Source of the DNA: an uncultured Bacteroidales bacterium
GTDB taxonomy: Bacteria; Bacteroidota; Bacteroidia; Bacteroidales; UBA10428
Assembly: GCA_964634105.1 (NCBI GenBank)
Contig: CAZWIU010000009.1
Coordinates: forward strand, 263 to 64,262
Direction of reading: 5' to 3'
DNA: 64,000 bases
Positions 28,199-37,722 of this stretch are shown one piece after another. Position 1 is the first letter of the stretch; each line of letters starts with the position of its first letter. The notes under the pieces are model-generated. The model did not search any database and was not told where the DNA came from. It saw nothing but the letters and a program-made list of their open reading frames with translations. A program made the position numbers and the translations under genes.

Positions 28199-30169
28199 AT
28201 GAAAGCATTCACATTCTTTTCATTCATTATTTTAACAGCGTCTCAGTTCTCATTCGCACAGGAAAATGATAGCATACTGCTAACCATCGATGGTCATAAA
28301 ATTACCAAAGATGAATTTCTGCGTATTTACAGGAAAAACAGTTCTATTACAGCAGACCAGCAGAAGTCGGTGGATGATTACCTGGACCTGTTCATTAATT
28401 ATAAGCTGAAAGTTATCGAAGCTGAGAACCTGGGATACGATACCATGTCGTCGTTTGTTAAAGAAATGGAAGGGTATACCAAACAATTGGCTAAACCCTA
28501 TCTTGAACGAAATGAGTCACTCGATTCCTTTGTCCTGGAAGCATACCAGCGTACCCTGGAAGAAGTAAATGCAAGCCATATCCTGTTACCGCTGGATAAA
28601 AATGCACTTCCTGCTGATACCCTCAGGGTTTACAATAAAATTATGGAGTTAAGGAACCGGATTGTGAACAAGGGAGAATCATGGGACAAAGTAATTAAGG
28701 AAGAATCCCCCAACCCGGAAAATGAAATTGGCGGAGATTTGGGTTGGTTTGCCGGCTTCAGGATGGTATATCCTTTTGAGAGCGCGGCATATAATACACC
28801 TGTCGGCCAGATTTCCATGCCTGTCAGAACGGAATACGGATACCACCTGGTGAGGGTGAATGCTAAAAGGAAAAACAGGGGTGAAGTATTGGTTTCGCAT
28901 ATCATGACCATCGTTCAGAAGAATCATTCCGATGTTGAAGAACAAGCTGCCGAGCAGAAAATTAATAAAGCTTACGAGGAACTCCAAAAGGGTACCGATT
29001 GGGACGAAGTTGTTAAAACATACACTGAACATAAGAAAACAATAGGCCGGGGAGGTAATCTTGGCTGGATTAAAACCGGCGGAGTTCCTGATGAGATTCT
29101 TGAAACTGCTTTTTCTCTCGATTCAGGGGAATACTCGAAACCAATCCGGACAGAGTATGGTTTTCATATTGTCCGTACAATGGGATTCAGACCGGTGCCG
29201 GAATTCGAACAGGTAAAAGCCGATTACGAGACAAGGGTTAAACAAACCAGCGATATCAATAAGATTACTAAGGGATGGGTGCTCGATAAAATTAAAGCAG
29301 AATATGGGTTTAAATTCTATGAAGAAAATCTTGAACCTCTTTATGCCCGCCTCGATTCGGGTATATTCAATAAAACATGGAATCCGGATGTGGCAAAAGA
29401 CCTGACGGCGCCAATTATAACCATTGGCAATAAATCATATACGCAATATGACTTTGCTAAGTATATAAGCGCAAAGAAATACCTCGCAAATACCAAATCA
29501 TTTGCTATAACAGTTCAGCCCAGGCTAACCTCATTTATCGAAGAAAAACTCTACGATTATGAAATGTCACAACTCCCCCGGAAGTATCCTGAATACAGGA
29601 ATTTGCTGGAGGAATATCACGATGGGATATTACTTTTTAACCTGACCGAGGACAAGGTCTGGAAATACGCTGTTGATGATAGCGCCGGACTGCAAAACTA
29701 TTATAATTCGCTGCCAGAGAAATATAGTTGGGGAGAGCGGCTGGCCATAACCAAATATACATACAAGGATAGCCTTTTGACATCAAAACTGTTGAAGCTG
29801 GCAAAGAAACGAACTAAATCGGGTATGAGTGCAACTGAACTATCAAAGGCGCTGTGTCCGCAAGATACTATTCCATGTGTCAGCTTCATTGAACAGAAAT
29901 ACGAAAAAGGCGATAATGCAATGGCCGACTCAATGAGCTGGAAGAAGGGCAGTTATCTCCTGTCGAAAGATAAAAATAATATAATATTATTTTATGCCGA
30001 TGCCATATTGCCTGCACAGGAAAAGACATTGAAAGATGCACGGGGCTTATATACCGCCGATTATCAAACCTACCTTGAAAAAGAATGGATAGGGGAACTG
30101 AGGAATAAGTATACGATCGAGATAAATAAAGAAGTACTGGATCAGGTCAGGGCTGAAGAGAATAAATAA
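28199..30169 (+). CDS. Periplasmic peptidyl-prolyl isomerase (two parvulin domains)
   Basis: 656 aa with a signal peptide. Two PpiC-type modules are present (ASHILL...GGDLGWF...GYHLVRV and VSHIM...GGNLGWI...GFHIVRT). Confidence 0.8.
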   Translation: MKAFTFFSFIILTASQFSFAQENDSILLTIDGHKITKDEFLRIYRKNSSITADQQKSVDDYLDLFINYKLKVIEAENLGYDTMSSFVKEMEGYTKQLAKPYLERNESLDSFVLEAYQRTLEEVNASHILLPLDKNALPADTLRVYNKIMELRNRIVNKGESWDKVIKEESPNPENEIGGDLGWFAGFRMVYPFESAAYNTPVGQISMPVRTEYGYHLVRVNAKRKNRGEVLVSHIMTIVQKNHSDVEEQAAEQKINKAYEELQKGTDWDEVVKTYTEHKKTIGRGGNLGWIKTGGVPDEILETAFSLDSGEYSKPIRTEYGFHIVRTMGFRPVPEFEQVKADYETRVKQTSDINKITKGWVLDKIKAEYGFKFYEENLEPLYARLDSGIFNKTWNPDVAKDLTAPIITIGNKSYTQYDFAKYISAKKYLANTKSFAITVQPRLTSFIEEKLYDYEMSQLPRKYPEYRNLLEEYHDGILLFNLTEDKVWKYAVDDSAGLQNYYNSLPEKYSWGERLAITKYTYKDSLLTSKLLKLAKKRTKSGMSATELSKALCPQDTIPCVSFIEQKYEKGDNAMADSMSWKKGSYLLSKDKNNIILFYADAILPAQEKTLKDARGLYTADYQTYLEKEWIGELRNKYTIEINKEVLDQVRAEENK

Positions 30170-30196
30170 CTTTATTCAACATATTAATCAATCAGG

Positions 30197-31039
30197 ATGA
30201 ACAAATTACGGATCGTATTAATCAGCTTTCTGGCATTTGCTTGTGCTCATTCCGGTAATAAGAAGGATGATCCTCCGGTGGCCAGGGTCTATGAGAAGTA
30301 TTTATATGCTTCACAATTAAAGGATATTCTTCCCGGCGAAATCTCTCCTAACGATAGCCTGGTAGTCACGAATGATCATATCGACAAATGGATCCGTAAC
30401 CAGCTGTTGCTATTTCAGGCAGAGCAGCAGCTTTCACCTGATGAGAAGAACATTGACCAACAGATAGAGGATTACAGAACCTCGCTGCTCATCTTTAAAT
30501 TTGAACAAAATTATCTGCGCCAGCATCTTGATACAAACATTGCTGATCACCAAATACAGGAGTATTATAACCAGTATTCATCAAATTTTATTTTAAGCAG
30601 TGATCTGATAAAAGGGCGTTTCATAAAGGTTCCAAGAAATGCTCCCGAGGTTTATAAAGTACGGATGTGGTATACATCCGACAACCCGGAGCATCTTAAG
30701 GAGCTCGAAAAATACTGCTATCAGTATGCAAGTAAGTACGATTACTTTGATGAACATTGGGAATATTTCTACAGAGTATTGACCGAAATGCCTGAGAATT
30801 ATCCACATCCTGAAAACATACTGAAGTACAGAAAAAGCTTCGAAACAAAAGATTCGACGTTTTATTACTTTCTTAAGATCAGCGATTTTAAACTCGAAGG
30901 TACTACAGCACCCCTCGAGTTCATTAAAAAGGACATAAAGAATATCCTTATTAACAAAAAAAAGATAGAGTTGATTCAGGGGCTGGAGTCTGATATATAC
31001 AACGACGCTCTTAACAGGGGTAATTTTGTAAAGTATTGA
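30197..31039 (+). CDS. Hypothetical lipoprotein in the SurA-like chaperone cluster
   Basis: 280 aa with the lipoprotein signal LISFLAFACAHS. It sits between two PPIase genes on the same strand. No catalytic motif seen. Confidence 0.55.
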   Translation: MNKLRIVLISFLAFACAHSGNKKDDPPVARVYEKYLYASQLKDILPGEISPNDSLVVTNDHIDKWIRNQLLLFQAEQQLSPDEKNIDQQIEDYRTSLLIFKFEQNYLRQHLDTNIADHQIQEYYNQYSSNFILSSDLIKGRFIKVPRNAPEVYKVRMWYTSDNPEHLKELEKYCYQYASKYDYFDEHWEYFYRVLTEMPENYPHPENILKYRKSFETKDSTFYYFLKISDFKLEGTTAPLEFIKKDIKNILINKKKIELIQGLESDIYNDALNRGNFVKY

Positions 31040-31099
31040 TGCTGTAACTCAATACCAGGGATAATGAATTCTCTTTACTAATTGATTAAAATTTATACC

Positions 31100-32443
31100 G
31101 TGAAACTATTGTCAAGTAGCTTGTTACCTTTATTACTTCTCTGCCATACAGCATCGGTGGTTGCTCAGCCATTTGTTGCAGATCAGATAGTTGCTGTTGT
31201 AGGGAAAAATGCAATTCTTTACTCCGATATTGAGGATCAGTACATGCAGATGATGGCACAGGGAATAAAGCCAATGCCTTCAAAGTGTGAGGTTTTTGAA
31301 GATCTGCTTGCTCAGAAATTGTTGGTAAATCAGGCCGATATTGATAGCCTTGTTGTAGAAGATGCCCAGGTAGAAATGGAGCTGAATGACAGGATAAACT
31401 ATTTTATCAATCAAATTGGTACTGAAGAAAAACTTGTGGAATATTTTGGGAAATCGATACTTGAAATAAAAGAAGATATGCGCGAAGCTGTGCGTGAACA
31501 AATGCTTATGCAACGTATGCGGCAGGAAATAACCACTAACCTGACGGTTACTCCCGCTGAAGTACGTTCTTTTTATAATAAGTTACCGGCAGACAGTATT
31601 CCGTTTATCGAAGCAGAAGTGGAAATATCGCAGATAGTAATTTATCCGAAATCGAGCGAGGAAGCTGTGTTTGAAGTGCGGGAAAAATTGCTTGCTCTCC
31701 GTGAGCGAATTATGAATGGTGAGAATTTTGCTACCATGGCTGTGCTGTATTCGGAAGATGGTACCGCCTCAAAAGGGGGTGACATGGGATGGACCGCAAA
31801 AGCTGAACTCGATCCGGCCTACGCAAAGGCTGCTTTCGCACTTAAAAAAGGACAGGTTTCGAAAATTGTTGAGACCGCTTTTGGTTACGAAATAATTCAA
31901 CTGATGGACCGGACCGATGAAAGAATTCGTACCCGTCGCATACTGATGAGGCCCAAAATATCAGTTGAAGCAAAACAGAATGCACAGGAACGGCTCGATA
32001 GTATTATTACACTTATCAGAATTGATACGTTGACATTTGAAGAAGCAGCAACACGATTCTCCCAGGATGAAAATACACGCTTTAACGGTGGTGTCAGGGT
32101 GAACCCAATGACCGGAAATACCAAATTCAAGCTCAATCAGTTTGAAACCAGCGAGCATTATATTATCAGAAATCTGAAAGTTGGTGAGATGTCCGAAATC
32201 TATGAGTCGAAAGATGAAAAAGGTAAACTCATATTTAAGGTAATAAAACTTAAGTCGAAGACCGAACCCCACAAAGCAAATATCAAGCAGGACTTCGAAC
32301 TGCTGAAACAAATGACACGCAGTGTTAAAGAGAACGAGATAGTGAATGCATGGATCGAAGAAAAACTTGAGGGTACCTACTTAAGAATAAGCGAACCCTA
32401 CAAAGATTGCAGCTTTCGCATAAAGGGATGGGTGAAAAACTAA
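31100..32443 (+). CDS. SurA-like peptidyl-prolyl isomerase / chaperone
   Basis: SurA N-domain-like region, then a parvulin module (ISQIVIY...GGDMGWT...FGYEIIQL). No ATG is available. The GTG at 31100 gives a clean signal peptide (MKLLSSSLLPLLLLCHTASVVAQ). The TTG at 31082 is the alternative start. Confidence 0.75.
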   Translation: MKLLSSSLLPLLLLCHTASVVAQPFVADQIVAVVGKNAILYSDIEDQYMQMMAQGIKPMPSKCEVFEDLLAQKLLVNQADIDSLVVEDAQVEMELNDRINYFINQIGTEEKLVEYFGKSILEIKEDMREAVREQMLMQRMRQEITTNLTVTPAEVRSFYNKLPADSIPFIEAEVEISQIVIYPKSSEEAVFEVREKLLALRERIMNGENFATMAVLYSEDGTASKGGDMGWTAKAELDPAYAKAAFALKKGQVSKIVETAFGYEIIQLMDRTDERIRTRRILMRPKISVEAKQNAQERLDSIITLIRIDTLTFEEAATRFSQDENTRFNGGVRVNPMTGNTKFKLNQFETSEHYIIRNLKVGEMSEIYESKDEKGKLIFKVIKLKSKTEPHKANIKQDFELLKQMTRSVKENEIVNAWIEEKLEGTYLRISEPYKDCSFRIKGWVKN

Positions 32444-33969
32444 ATAGAGTTTTCTGGTATACTTTTCTGTCTTACGTCGGGAAAACAGGCTTGCTCGGCG
32501 TTTTGCTATCTATAGCTTGTCCGGGATATACTCAACGTGTTACCCAGGTTCAGTTTTCAGCACAAACTACCGAAGTTGATGCAAAGCTTGGAAAGGACAC
32601 CAGGAGACTGATTGGAAACGTTGTGTTTGAACATGCAGGAGCCAGAATGTTTTGCGACAGTGCCTATTTCTATGCAAAACGTAATTCCCTCGATGCTTTT
32701 AACAATGTATATATCAACCAGGGCGATACCGTTCACCTGTATGGTGATCATTTATATTACGACGGTAACACAAAAATTGCACAGATCAGGCAACATGTTA
32801 AACTGATCAATCGTGAGACTACGCTAACCACAGAGGCATTGGATTATAACATCAGCGAAGGAGTCGGTTATTATACAAATCATGCCGATATCATCAACCA
32901 GGAGAATACATTAAAAAGCCGCATAGGACACTATTATACGCGTACCGATCTTTTTGATTTTCAGGATAGCGTAGTGGTGGTAAATCCCGATTACACTATT
33001 TATTCGGATCGGATGAAATACAATACAGACACACGTATAGCTTATTTTTCCGGGCCCACTGAAATTATTGGCGACAGCAGTTATATTTACTGCGAAAGAG
33101 GATGGTATAATACCGTGACTGATATTTCTCAATTAAATCAGAATGCACTTGTAAAAAATACAAAACAAACTATAAAAGGGGATAGCCTTTACTACGAAAA
33201 ACATACCGGGTATGGAAAGGCAATTAAAAATGTCGAAATATTAGATAAAGAACAAAATGTTATCCTGCGCGGGAACCAGGGAATCTATTATGAAGATATA
33301 GACTATGCGCGCCTCACAGATCATGCACAGTTTATCCAGGTTACATCCGAAGATTCACTCTATTTGCATGCCGATACTCTGTTAAGTGAGGTGGACAGTT
33401 CAGGCACAAAATATATAAAAGCTTATTATGGAGTAAGGCTATTTAAGAGCAACCTGCAGGGGAAATGCGATTCTATGGCCTATTCAATGGCCGATTCTGT
33501 AATTCGTCTGTACGATGGACCTGTTCTCTGGTCGGATGAAAATCAGATCAGCGCCGAGTATATCGAAATTCAAACGGAAAGGCGACAGGCAAAAACCATG
33601 TATCTCCAGCGGGCATCATTCATTATCAGCCAGGAAGATTCAACAAAATATAATCAGATCAAAGGGAAAAATATGACTTGCCATTTCAGAAATAATGAGC
33701 TTTATCGGATTGACGTCAACGGGAATGGCCAGGCTGTATATTACCCTCCCGATGACAAGGGAGATATCATTGGCGCTAACAAAGCAGAATGCTCCGATCT
33801 TATCATCTTTCTAAAAGACGGAAAAGTAAACACGATATCTCTTCTGAAGAAACCCGACGCGGTATTATTCCCGATTGAATCAGCACCAGTCAATGAATTG
33901 ATTCTAAAAGGATTTCAATGGTTGGAGGAGCTTCGTCCCAGGGACAAAGATGATATTTTCAGAAAATAA
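32428..33969 (+). CDS. OstA-like (LptD N-terminal-like) repeat protein
   Basis: About 513 aa. Repeated OstA-like beta-jellyroll segments (GNVVFEHAGARMFCDSAYF, GDHLYYDGNT, SDRMKYNTDT, GDSLYYEKHT). The ATG at 32428 overlaps the surA-like stop by 16 nt. Confidence 0.7.
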   Translation: MGEKLNRVFWYTFLSYVGKTGLLGVLLSIACPGYTQRVTQVQFSAQTTEVDAKLGKDTRRLIGNVVFEHAGARMFCDSAYFYAKRNSLDAFNNVYINQGDTVHLYGDHLYYDGNTKIAQIRQHVKLINRETTLTTEALDYNISEGVGYYTNHADIINQENTLKSRIGHYYTRTDLFDFQDSVVVVNPDYTIYSDRMKYNTDTRIAYFSGPTEIIGDSSYIYCERGWYNTVTDISQLNQNALVKNTKQTIKGDSLYYEKHTGYGKAIKNVEILDKEQNVILRGNQGIYYEDIDYARLTDHAQFIQVTSEDSLYLHADTLLSEVDSSGTKYIKAYYGVRLFKSNLQGKCDSMAYSMADSVIRLYDGPVLWSDENQISAEYIEIQTERRQAKTMYLQRASFIISQEDSTKYNQIKGKNMTCHFRNNELYRIDVNGNGQAVYYPPDDKGDIIGANKAECSDLIIFLKDGKVNTISLLKKPDAVLFPIESAPVNELILKGFQWLEELRPRDKDDIFRK

Positions 33970-33971
33970 AA

Positions 33972-33990
33972 ATGGGACATTCGGTCCCAT
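33972..33990 (-). terminator. Hairpin between convergent genes (probable terminator of the DUF2795 gene)
   Basis: ATGGGAC (33972..33978) pairs with GTCCCAT (33984..33990) around a 5-nt loop. On the minus strand it is followed by TTTTATTTTCT. Confidence 0.4.
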
Positions 33991-33995
33991 ATGGT

Positions 33996-34217
33996 CTAGT
34001 ATTCATCTTCATTAAAAAAGAAGTCGTCTTTGCTGGGATAATCCGGCCAGATATCTTCAATACTTTCATAAATTTCACCTTCATCCTCAATTTCCTGCAA
34101 ATTCTCAATCACTTCAAGCGGAGCACCCGAACGAATAGCAAAATCGATAAGCTCATCCTTCGTAGCTGGCCAGGGCGCATCCTCTAACTTCGACGCTAAC
34201 TCAAGTGTCCAATACAT
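33996..34217 (-). CDS. DUF2795-domain protein
   Basis: 73 aa. The N-terminal string WPATKDELIDFAIRSGAPLEVIENLQEIED matches my recollection of the DUF2795 pattern. The tail is acidic. Confidence 0.65.
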   Translation of the reverse strand: MYWTLELASKLEDAPWPATKDELIDFAIRSGAPLEVIENLQEIEDEGEIYESIEDIWPDYPSKDDFFFNEDEY

Positions 34218-34271
34218 AACTGTTGAGATTTAAATCGTATGTAAAAAGTGCTGCAAATATAAAAATTTATA

Positions 34272-34826
34272 TTACTTATACAATCGTGTATTCCAATGAA
34301 TTTCAACTGCTTGAAATTCAAGTGATAAGAACCTTGAGAGCACAAACAGATAGTCGGAGAGCCTGTTCAGAAAAGGTAAAATTGCCTCTGGTACCGCCGA
34401 AATTTCCGACAAGCTTAACACACACCGCTCGGCACGCCGGCAAACAGTTCTGGCAACATGGGTAAAGGATACTGCCGGATGACCACCGGGTAAAACAAAT
34501 TGGGTTATCGGACGGAGCTTTTTTTCCATACTATCAATCTTCTTTTCTACCCATACGATAGCTTCTTCAGAAAGTTTCGGAATTTCACGTTTACAATCAT
34601 CACAATCGGATGCAAGTATTGCAGCACAAACCATTAACAGATCCTGAATATGAATCAGATCCTCGCTGGTTTCGGCGTTTTGCTGCATATCACGCACAAC
34701 ACCTATGTGAGCAATCAACTCATCAACCGTTCCATAGGCCTCTATGCGGATATTGTTCTTTTTCACCCGTTTGCCTCCGATCAGCGAAGTCATACCCTGA
34801 TCACCAGTTTTTGTATATATCTTCAT
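34272..34826 (-). CDS. PduO-type ATP:cob(I)alamin adenosyltransferase
   Basis: 184 aa with the canonical N-terminus MKIYTKTGDQGMTSL, followed by FVLPGG and the helical bundle region. Confidence 0.9.
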   Translation of the reverse strand: MKIYTKTGDQGMTSLIGGKRVKKNNIRIEAYGTVDELIAHIGVVRDMQQNAETSEDLIHIQDLLMVCAAILASDCDDCKREIPKLSEEAIVWVEKKIDSMEKKLRPITQFVLPGGHPAVSFTHVARTVCRRAERCVLSLSEISAVPEAILPFLNRLSDYLFVLSRFLSLEFQAVEIHWNTRLYK

Positions 34827-35106
34827 AGCAATTAATTTTATCGGGATAAACTGATAACGTATTGAAATGTTTAAATTGATTTATATATTTAGCGTCTTAT
34901 TTTTTAATGTTTATTCTTTCATGCACGACGTTATTTCCCGGTTATTTTACCCGTTAAGTCAAGGCTTTCATCCGGTTTTCTTCATGGGTTCAATGCCCCA
35001 ATCTGAAGCTGAATGCATTAAAAACAACAATGATATTGAAAAATTGTAAACGAGAATAAAAAATTTTGGAATCTATTAAGGATTCATTTAACGAGATCTA
35101 TCGGTT

Positions 35107-36462
35107 ATGGACGGAAGGAATCGCGGGCTTACTTTTTTTTGTTTTGTGATGCTGCTGGCAGGTATTGCCGGCAGGGGGCTGATCAATGCTCAACCAAGCG
35201 TTCCTGAACTGATCATCCCTTTTCCCAAGATATCATTATGCCCCGGTAGTGAAGTCGATTTGCAAATTATTATTGATGGAATTGCGCCTGTCTCTGTTAT
35301 TTATGAATATAACGGAACAGGCGGAAATGCTAATTCAAGTACCAATACTATAACCATTCCTGTGCAGGATACCGGAATATTTGTCATTACAAGTTACAGC
35401 GATTTCTCATCGGGATATATTGATGCTTCCGATACAATATTTATTCTGGATGATTCGCTGGATATATATTTCACAGGCGGAGGTTTTCAGTGCGATAGCA
35501 GTCTGATGGAGCCGCTTACAGCCCATTTTCTTGGTATAGCTCCATTTATGCTTGTTTGCACGATAAACGATTTCTATTATGCCATAACTGCTGTGAATAA
35601 TACCTATGTATTTGCTTTACCTTATGACTTTACCATGATAACCCAGCAGATATCCGATCAGCAGTGCACACGCGAATATATTGATACTTTGTATGTACAG
35701 ACCGGATTTTTAGCGCCTCCGGCAATTGTCGGTGATGCTGATGTATGCGCTAATTCGACTTCAACGTATATTGCTGAAAACGATACAAATATTACAAACT
35801 GGTATATTCCCGGTGTTTCAGTTTACAGTATCGATACTATGAGCGATGGGGAGTTCGTTACAGTTGACTGGACCAGTCCGGGCGAGTATATTGTCAGGGC
35901 CAGTCTTATTGATCCCGAAACCGGATGCGAAAGCCCGGAGTCTGAACTGGAAGTTACGGTGCACGGTATTCCTTTGCATGGCGAAATGATCGACACTACA
36001 GTTTGTATTGCAGTGGATGGGTCTATACAGATCGATATCCCGGTCGAGGAGGATGATGATATTTTCTGGCCAACTCTTGGTTATCATAACGTATCGGCTA
36101 TTTTATCTGGTGCAGGTATTTATCCCTTTATCTACACAAGTCGATGGGGTTGTACTGATAGCAGTGCAGTGCAGGTGATCGACAGTTGTGCAACCGGCTT
36201 ATTTGTGCCGGAAGCGTTTACCCCCAATGGCGATCAGATAAACGATTACCTTGAGTTGTTTGGTACGTATGGCAATCTTGAATTTTCGGTATACTCGCCG
36301 AGTGGCATATTACTATTCAGATCGACAACTATAGGTGATTTCTGGGATGGAACGAGCGGAGGAAAACAAGTACCGGACGGAAGTTATTACTGGCATGCTA
36401 TATATACCGATGGGAATAATGCAGAACTTAAAAAATCGGGAAGAGTCACAATTATCAGGTAA
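35107..36462 (+). CDS. Secreted protein with T9SS type-B (gliding-motility-associated) C-terminal sorting domain
   Basis: 451 aa with an N-terminal signal and Cys-rich Ig-like repeats. The C-terminus FVPEAFTPNGDQINDYLELFG...FSVYSPSGILLFRS...WDGTSGGKQVPDGSYYWHAIY...GRVTIIR is the classic type-B CTD pattern. Confidence 0.8.
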   Translation: MDGRNRGLTFFCFVMLLAGIAGRGLINAQPSVPELIIPFPKISLCPGSEVDLQIIIDGIAPVSVIYEYNGTGGNANSSTNTITIPVQDTGIFVITSYSDFSSGYIDASDTIFILDDSLDIYFTGGGFQCDSSLMEPLTAHFLGIAPFMLVCTINDFYYAITAVNNTYVFALPYDFTMITQQISDQQCTREYIDTLYVQTGFLAPPAIVGDADVCANSTSTYIAENDTNITNWYIPGVSVYSIDTMSDGEFVTVDWTSPGEYIVRASLIDPETGCESPESELEVTVHGIPLHGEMIDTTVCIAVDGSIQIDIPVEEDDDIFWPTLGYHNVSAILSGAGIYPFIYTSRWGCTDSSAVQVIDSCATGLFVPEAFTPNGDQINDYLELFGTYGNLEFSVYSPSGILLFRSTTIGDFWDGTSGGKQVPDGSYYWHAIYTDGNNAELKKSGRVTIIR

Positions 36463-36466
36463 TGGT

Positions 36467-37495
36467 ATGAGGAAATTGTTATATACCATCGGAATAATCC
36501 TGTTTTCAGGAATAAGCAGTGTATGTGCACAGGAGAATATTTTCACCCATTACTTCACAGTATCTTCCTATTTTAATCCTGCCTTTGCCGGCGATTCACG
36601 TTTTGCCCAGATACAGGCGATAAGCCGTATACAGCCTTTCATCTCCAATGAACGTATTTATAACAACATCATATCTTATGATCAGAAGTTGATCAATCAT
36701 CGTTCAGGTTTCAATGTGAATATCAATCAAAAACTGGCAGAACTAAAAGAAACCCTGTTTAAACTGAATTATTCCTATACAGTGCATGCACGGGGGAAAA
36801 TTTTCGTCAGGGGAGGTCTTGGATTGTCATTGAACTCGGTCGCTACACATGCCAGTTCATATAAATTTCCCGATCAGTATGATATGTTCGGTTATACGGG
36901 AAATCCCACGCAGGAGCCATCGCTCAATGATGAGTCATCATTTTTTGCATTTGCCTCAGGTGTTGTTTTGTATTCCGATCTGTGGTGGTTTTCTTTCGGA
37001 ATGGATGATCTGAACCGGCCAATACATAATTTTGCCGGAACGGATGTGCGGGTACCTGTTGTTTATTCCTTACAGGGCAGCTATATGTTTCCCCTCGACA
37101 GGAATAAAAAAGCAAAACGATACTTCGACCGCGATGGTGGTCTGAATCCATATTCTAGCCTGGGACCTGTAGCCAGCTTCTATAAACAGGGGCCATTTCA
37201 TGTTACTACTATCGGCATCAATGCCTTCAATAAACCGGTTTTTTGGGGACTGACCTTTCGTTACAACGCATTCGGCAATCATGTCTTCAACGAGGGGGTA
37301 AGCTCACTGAATGCCCTGGCAGGTTATCGTAATCAATCAATTTCTGTTGCTTACTCTTATGACTTCATTGTTAATCGCACCCCGACAAACTTTAAAGGGG
37401 CACATGAGATATCCATTATCTTCTATCTCTTTACAATAAAGGAAGATTTTAAGAAAAACCCGCTGATACCTCTGCCTAATCAGCTGATGTATTAG
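36467..37495 (+). CDS. PorP/SprF-family T9SS membrane protein
   Basis: 342 aa from ATG 36467 (MRKLLYTIGIILFSGISSVCAQ), starting 4 nt after the cargo gene stop. The N-terminal signature is HYFTVSSYFNPAFAG. The ORF-track start at 36335 overlaps the upstream gene. Confidence 0.8.
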   Translation: MRKLLYTIGIILFSGISSVCAQENIFTHYFTVSSYFNPAFAGDSRFAQIQAISRIQPFISNERIYNNIISYDQKLINHRSGFNVNINQKLAELKETLFKLNYSYTVHARGKIFVRGGLGLSLNSVATHASSYKFPDQYDMFGYTGNPTQEPSLNDESSFFAFASGVVLYSDLWWFSFGMDDLNRPIHNFAGTDVRVPVVYSLQGSYMFPLDRNKKAKRYFDRDGGLNPYSSLGPVASFYKQGPFHVTTIGINAFNKPVFWGLTFRYNAFGNHVFNEGVSSLNALAGYRNQSISVAYSYDFIVNRTPTNFKGAHEISIIFYLFTIKEDFKKNPLIPLPNQLMY

Positions 37496-37722
37496 GGCTG
37501 ATTAAGATATCGCTGAGATCTGTTTAATCATCGGTATGCTGACACGTCCTATCCTTATCCTTTATGTAATAAATTTTAATTTGCTTATTTAAAGGAATGT
37601 TCGAAAACTTATATTTCTTTTTGTAGATTTACGCTACCCGATAGTTGATAACGACTAACCGGGTGAAGAAACCAATCAGCATGTTTGACTTATTTCAAAA
37701 CCCAATAAAAGAATTACCCTAA

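Noticed and set aside
34827-35106. A cobalamin riboswitch upstream of the PduO-type adenosyltransferase, and the 60-aa ORF 34867..35049.
   Set aside because: I saw no B12-box-like sequence or conserved riboswitch core on the minus strand. The ORF is hydrophobic and low-complexity with no support.
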